A stretch of 64,000 nt of DNA, from the UHGV virus genome UHGV-0385297, one strand, 5' to 3'. The translations under genes were made by a program, and so were the position numbers. Below are positions 59,481 through 64,000 of the stretch, piece after piece; within the stretch, counting starts at the first letter, position 1, and each line of letters begins with the position of its first letter. The notes below the pieces were generated by a model. The model had not been told where the DNA came from. It saw nothing but the letters and a program-made list of their open reading frames with translations, and ran no database searches. Source of the DNA: a virus.

Positions 59481-61151
59481 TTATCCATTGGCTTTTGTGC
59501 CTTCATTTTTATTTCCGTCACGAGTAGCAGCCCCTTCGTCTGATATATCATCACCTTTAGTTGGTGCGCCACCTGTATTTTCTCCATTGTTGGCAGAATC
59601 TGTATATGTTGTTTTAAGTGGAACAAGCAAATCTCTAATACCAGAATTCATACTCATTCTTAAACCACATTCTATTTCATAAGGAGTTTGTCCAAGAGAA
59701 GTGAGATAGAGCATAGGATTATTACCTAATGTTACACTATCCTTTAAAGAATTAATATAATCCTCACGGTTGTACCAAGTTTGTCGATGGAAATTGAATT
59801 GATAGTTCTCATATCCGTTTTGACTAAGCCAGTAATTAAAATTGTGCTCTAATCTGGCAATCCAGGTAAAAGTAAGAGATGCATCATTAGCAATTGCTTG
59901 TTTAAGACCAATTGAATTGGTACTAGACCCACCAGCGACCACTAACTGAGATGCGCCACAGTTATTAAATACATTTTCAATGGATTTCGAAAGCATATCT
60001 GTATCAGAAGTGGTATTGGATTTTTCAAAATCAACAACATCAAGATCCATAGGAGATCTGACTGCTCCAACGTTCTCAGGAAGAATTTCATCAATCATAT
60101 TTTGAAATACTTCTGTCATTTCAAGTGATAATTTAAAATCATCAACCGCTGCTTTGTCTCCATCCATTAATGGAATTTTGCTTACTAATAATTTATAATT
60201 TTCCAATGCTGTTTTATCAGCCATAATATCAGCATAATCTTCACAGTCCATTAAAAGAAGAAAAATTCCAAGAAAAAAAGGAAGGCACAGATCAAATTCA
60301 TCATCAAGTCCTGCTAACAAACATATAGTTCGTTCAGTCGGAATATAAAAATAACGTTTATTTTGTTTATCAGATTGATATTCGTTCCAGGCATCAATGA
60401 ATAATTGATCCCAACATCCGGTAGTATCACCATCAACCCCTTCTACAAATTCCGAATTAGAACCTTGAGAAAAATAACTCATATCAAAAGCAATAACCCA
60501 GTTCCCTGCTACATCTTTTCCTTTGATTTTACAATACTGAGGGTCTAATGAATGAAAGAATAAACCATCATCGTTATCATAAACAAAACCATAATATGCT
60601 CCATTTAAAATTGCTAATGCGATCATTTGAGCAAATTCACTTTTAAAATTAATTTGCTGCATTTTTTGAATGACTGCATTATAATTTTTCATTGATTTTG
60701 AAGCATTATATGTTTTTTTAAGATCGATTTTCTCAGTCAGGTAATAATTATACGTAGGCATACAAGCGTAATATAGAATGATCTTTCTATATAAAGTATT
60801 AGATCTAAATAAATATTGAGACAGACCACGGATACGATCCTTATTAGTCTGTGGATTTTGCATATATTGTTTTACAAGGGATTTTGTATACTGAGTAAAA
60901 GAACGAGAAGTAGATTTAGAAACATTTTGTAAAAGAAGTTGTTTTGCCTCTTCAAAATTTAACATTCTTGGACGAGACGAAAACTGAACTGCCCGTTTTG
61001 GTTTTTCTTTTACCAATAACTCGGATGGTTTAGTTTCAATCTCATATGATTTTTTCTCTGGTAATGTAGTAATGTTTTTTTTAGGTCTTCCACGTTTTCT
61101 CTTAGGCGGAGAAACAGTAGAAGAGTGAGATTCTATTTTATTTTCGTCCAA
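59481..61151 (-). CDS. portal protein (556 aa; TTG start after RBS AAAGGAGA)
   Basis: Position immediately after the large terminase. Size. Gly/acidic C-terminal tail. An N-terminal basic AT-hook-like segment KRKRGRPKK. Confidence 0.6.
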   Translation of the reverse strand: MDENKIESHSSTVSPPKRKRGRPKKNITTLPEKKSYEIETKPSELLVKEKPKRAVQFSSRPRMLNFEEAKQLLLQNVSKSTSRSFTQYTKSLVKQYMQNPQTNKDRIRGLSQYLFRSNTLYRKIILYYACMPTYNYYLTEKIDLKKTYNASKSMKNYNAVIQKMQQINFKSEFAQMIALAILNGAYYGFVYDNDDGLFFHSLDPQYCKIKGKDVAGNWVIAFDMSYFSQGSNSEFVEGVDGDTTGCWDQLFIDAWNEYQSDKQNKRYFYIPTERTICLLAGLDDEFDLCLPFFLGIFLLLMDCEDYADIMADKTALENYKLLVSKIPLMDGDKAAVDDFKLSLEMTEVFQNMIDEILPENVGAVRSPMDLDVVDFEKSNTTSDTDMLSKSIENVFNNCGASQLVVAGGSSTNSIGLKQAIANDASLTFTWIARLEHNFNYWLSQNGYENYQFNFHRQTWYNREDYINSLKDSVTLGNNPMLYLTSLGQTPYEIECGLRMSMNSGIRDLLVPLKTTYTDSANNGENTGGAPTKGDDISDEGAATRDGNKNEGTKANG

Positions 61152-61165
61152 TCGGTTTCTCCTTT

Positions 61166-63229
61166 CTAAGAATATTTAGTTGATTTCTTTGGTGGTCTTA
61201 CATGGAAATATTTAGATATATCAGATGTGGTAGAAGTGCGTTGACGCTGAGTAATAACTTTTCTACGTTCACACATGAGCGCATGTGAGGCAAGGCATGC
61301 CGTATAGGCACGGTCGTCATGGAGCTTATTTGCTTTTTCAGGAGCGAGTTCAAATGAGTCTTTTCCTGAGTCTCTTTTTTTCCTCACAATATTAACAAGC
61401 TCCTCTTTCAATGCGTCAATATTCGCTAAAGCAAGTTTATCCATCCAATCCAGTTTTATAATCTTTGTTTTTACAGATTGGATTTTGTTTAATTCTTCGT
61501 CCAATTTCTTTTCATAATCAGATTCATTTAAATCTTCCTTTTTAAGACGTTTAACAATTTCTTCTTTTTCTTTATCAAATTTCTGTTGATCAACATCAAA
61601 TACGGTTAAATGATCCTTTCCATCATAAGAAGCGGTGAAACTTATTTTATTTTGATTCATAAGTTCGATCATTGCTTCGTACATTTCAGATTTATATTTA
61701 GCTGGATTTATAAGATGGACTTTATCAACGGCGTTTGGAAATTTTCTTATATATTCAGCTGAATATTCTTTGTCAATTAAACCTCTATGAATAATACCTG
61801 CAGCATCCGTCCAATCTGGCATAAGATAATCGGCTATATTAACACCACCACCACCAGATCCGGCATCAATATATATACCAATAATGTTGCCATAAGCATC
61901 GGCTCCACCATTGTAGTCAAGAATAATTTTTTTTAAATATTCAATCTGGTCAGGCGTCTGCATAGGTGACTTTATTTTTTTTCCAACATCAACAAGATTA
62001 ATACAATTTACTAATCGCATTCTAGTGTCAATACTTCCATCTACTTGTTCGAAATCATAAATTTCTCCAACTAGGATTACAGAATTATCTCTTGAACGAG
62101 CAGGGTCATAAGTAATTACAAATTTCTTATCACCAGTGTCATTGTAAAGAAGAGGTTTTCTAATTTCTTCATTTCTAGTGATTACTCCACGTTTAATGAC
62201 GGCATCATTACCAAGATCTGTACTAAACTGACAATAATATTCTCTTCTTGCTTTTTCTGGATTAGTTCTCATTTCTGTTTCTACGGTATTTCTGGATAGA
62301 AGAGGAGTAACCAATTCTCCTTTTAAAGTAGGTTTAAAAGCCTGTTCACAATCAATATGCAAAACGCAATAATCAGGATTTCCCATAATTTGTTGTTTTG
62401 CAAAATCTCTATACAATCTCCAGAATTGAGTGTCTGTAGAAGAAGCAGAACTTATATAGTATTTTTGATATGGCAAATCTCGTGGAATACATCGTTGTCT
62501 AATTGGATCAATTGAATTTCCATCAGAATCTTTACCTGTTTTTAAGCTCCTGTTTACTGCTGCAAATGCTCCGTAAACATTCATCATTTCATCTGACAAA
62601 AAGCCACTTTCGTCAAAAATTACGGTGCCGCGACTACCTCTTTTCGCATCTACGTTGCTATTTAATGTTTTTGTCATTGATCCGTTATAGCAAGAATAAG
62701 AAAAGCCGTTAGACGAGTGTGAAAAACCATCTCCTGCGGCATTTTTGATTTCTATTTCATTTTTAAAAATCGACCCTGTAGATCCATAAAATGTATCAAT
62801 ATTGTCATTTGCAAGTCGTTCCAATGTGGTAAAAGTTTGTTCGGCTTGTCCTCCTGTTCCGCTGGCAATATATGTCCATACATTACAGAAGCACATATCT
62901 TTTGCCATAATCTCTAAGTCTATAACTGTACTTTTACCATATCCACGGGTGCAAACAGCCAAAACATTAGGACAAATCCAGCTTCTTTGAACCAATAAAG
63001 CTTGTCCATCAAGTAGTTCTATATTGAAAAATAAATCTATCGCTTTTGTAGGATTACATTGCAGATATTTTTGGATATTTGCGATTTGAATATAAGAATC
63101 AATTTTTCGAGAAGAAATAGAATAACCATGAGGTTTTATATATATACCATATTGATTATAAAAATCTTTATCGTAATCCAATAATTCATTATTATAATAG
63201 TTTAAAATTATTTGTCTATTTTGATTCAT
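61166..63229 (-). CDS. terL: terminase large subunit (687 aa from the ATG at 63229, which follows RBS AAGAGGAGG)
   Basis: Walker A VCTRGYGKST. Walker B VIFDESGF. C-terminal nuclease-like region (ITYDPARSRDNSVILVG, IYIDAGSGGGG). Confidence 0.8.
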   Translation of the reverse strand: MNQNRQIILNYYNNELLDYDKDFYNQYGIYIKPHGYSISSRKIDSYIQIANIQKYLQCNPTKAIDLFFNIELLDGQALLVQRSWICPNVLAVCTRGYGKSTVIDLEIMAKDMCFCNVWTYIASGTGGQAEQTFTTLERLANDNIDTFYGSTGSIFKNEIEIKNAAGDGFSHSSNGFSYSCYNGSMTKTLNSNVDAKRGSRGTVIFDESGFLSDEMMNVYGAFAAVNRSLKTGKDSDGNSIDPIRQRCIPRDLPYQKYYISSASSTDTQFWRLYRDFAKQQIMGNPDYCVLHIDCEQAFKPTLKGELVTPLLSRNTVETEMRTNPEKARREYYCQFSTDLGNDAVIKRGVITRNEEIRKPLLYNDTGDKKFVITYDPARSRDNSVILVGEIYDFEQVDGSIDTRMRLVNCINLVDVGKKIKSPMQTPDQIEYLKKIILDYNGGADAYGNIIGIYIDAGSGGGGVNIADYLMPDWTDAAGIIHRGLIDKEYSAEYIRKFPNAVDKVHLINPAKYKSEMYEAMIELMNQNKISFTASYDGKDHLTVFDVDQQKFDKEKEEIVKRLKKEDLNESDYEKKLDEELNKIQSVKTKIIKLDWMDKLALANIDALKEELVNIVRKKRDSGKDSFELAPEKANKLHDDRAYTACLASHALMCERRKVITQRQRTSTTSDISKYFHVRPPKKSTKYS

Positions 63230-63875
63230 TTTTATCCTCCTCTTGGGAAGATTCTTCTGAATCACCAAATACAGAATATAAGTCTCTTAAATCTTTTAAT
63301 GCATTTTCATCTAGTAAATCTTTTTCTTTTAAAGTATCTCTTAAATCAAGATTTTCACGTAACAATATACGGTTAATTTCTTGATAAGCATCTTTTTCTC
63401 TACGAAGACTTGTATTAGTAACACGCATTTCTGCAATCATATCTGACCATTCGGATTCATCAAGTGCTAATTGTTTCATAATAGAAGCATCGCTGATTTC
63501 TTGAACCTGTTGCATACCACGGCAAGTATCAATATCGAATCCATTCACTTCGGCATCTCGTAAGTTTAATGATTTGATCTTTTTAATTTTCCCCGTCCAA
63601 GTATTTTCACCTTTTTTGGCGTTTTTATTATGTTTTAAAGAGATACAACTATCCTGCGCAAGACTTGTAATAACAGAAGTTATTTTCCCTTTGCTTTCCT
63701 GCAAAGATTTAATTGTTGCCGAATTTTTTTCAATATTAGAAACATCACACATTAATTTAGCAACAGTATCATCAATTTTTGATTGCTGTAAAAATCCTCG
63801 AACAATAGAAATAGCGGAAGATGTACGCATCATATCTTCATTTGCATCCTCACTAGAATCAAGAAGACCTAACAA
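63216..63875 (-). CDS. possible terminase small subunit or DNA-packaging protein (219 aa; the N-terminus may extend beyond the listed start)
   Basis: Overlaps the terL start by 14 nt. No motif recognised. Confidence 0.25.
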   Translation of the reverse strand: MLGLLDSSEDANEDMMRTSSAISIVRGFLQQSKIDDTVAKLMCDVSNIEKNSATIKSLQESKGKITSVITSLAQDSCISLKHNKNAKKGENTWTGKIKKIKSLNLRDAEVNGFDIDTCRGMQQVQEISDASIMKQLALDESEWSDMIAEMRVTNTSLRREKDAYQEINRILLRENLDLRDTLKEKDLLDENALKDLRDLYSVFGDSEESSQEEDKNESK

Positions 63876-64000
63876 TTGAGAATATAAAAATGGTTGATCT
63901 GAAATATCCTCTTTCTCAAACGGATCATAACTGAGTAATCTAATAACATCTTCTTTATTTTTTAAAAAGCTATCATATGTATCTAAGCCTGCATGAGTTT

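Overview
This window is low-GC, Firmicutes-like DNA dominated by roughly 61 kb of caudovirus late genes (likely a prophage), almost all on the minus strand. Read from high to low coordinates the order is: possible small terminase, large terminase, portal, head genes, major tail protein, two giant tape-measure-like proteins, baseplate and tail-fibre genes, endolysin and a holin-like gene. The left 1.7 kb looks like host DNA: an autoregulated lexA with two Cheo-type LexA boxes and unusual helically phased direct repeats upstream. Between lexA and the lysis genes lies a complete type III toxin-antitoxin locus (ToxIN/AbiQ-like): promoter, 2.1 copies of a 37-nt toxI-like repeat, terminator, then a toxN frame-shifted at an A5 run. 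A ~4 kb AT-rich accessory island (37.5-41.6 kb) splits the two tape-measure-like genes. It carries a DUF262 (ParB/GmrSD-N-like) protein, a putative DUF3990-type (ART-like) protein with a small DUF3791-like partner, and several small membrane peptides, each with its own promoter or terminator. A TnpB-only IS200/IS605-family element with intact RuvC residues and TAAA-loop subterminal hairpins sits between two tail genes. Several small hydrophobic-peptide genes with good sigma-70-like promoters lie on the plus strand, antisense to the late operon. A RusA-like resolvase and an orphan, partly non-coding 1.7 kb patch interrupt the tail block. Two adjacent giant tail-fibre genes are mosaic paralogues. 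Strong intrinsic terminators follow the putative scaffold, major capsid and major tail genes. No rRNA, tRNA, CRISPR array or reverse transcriptase was found.
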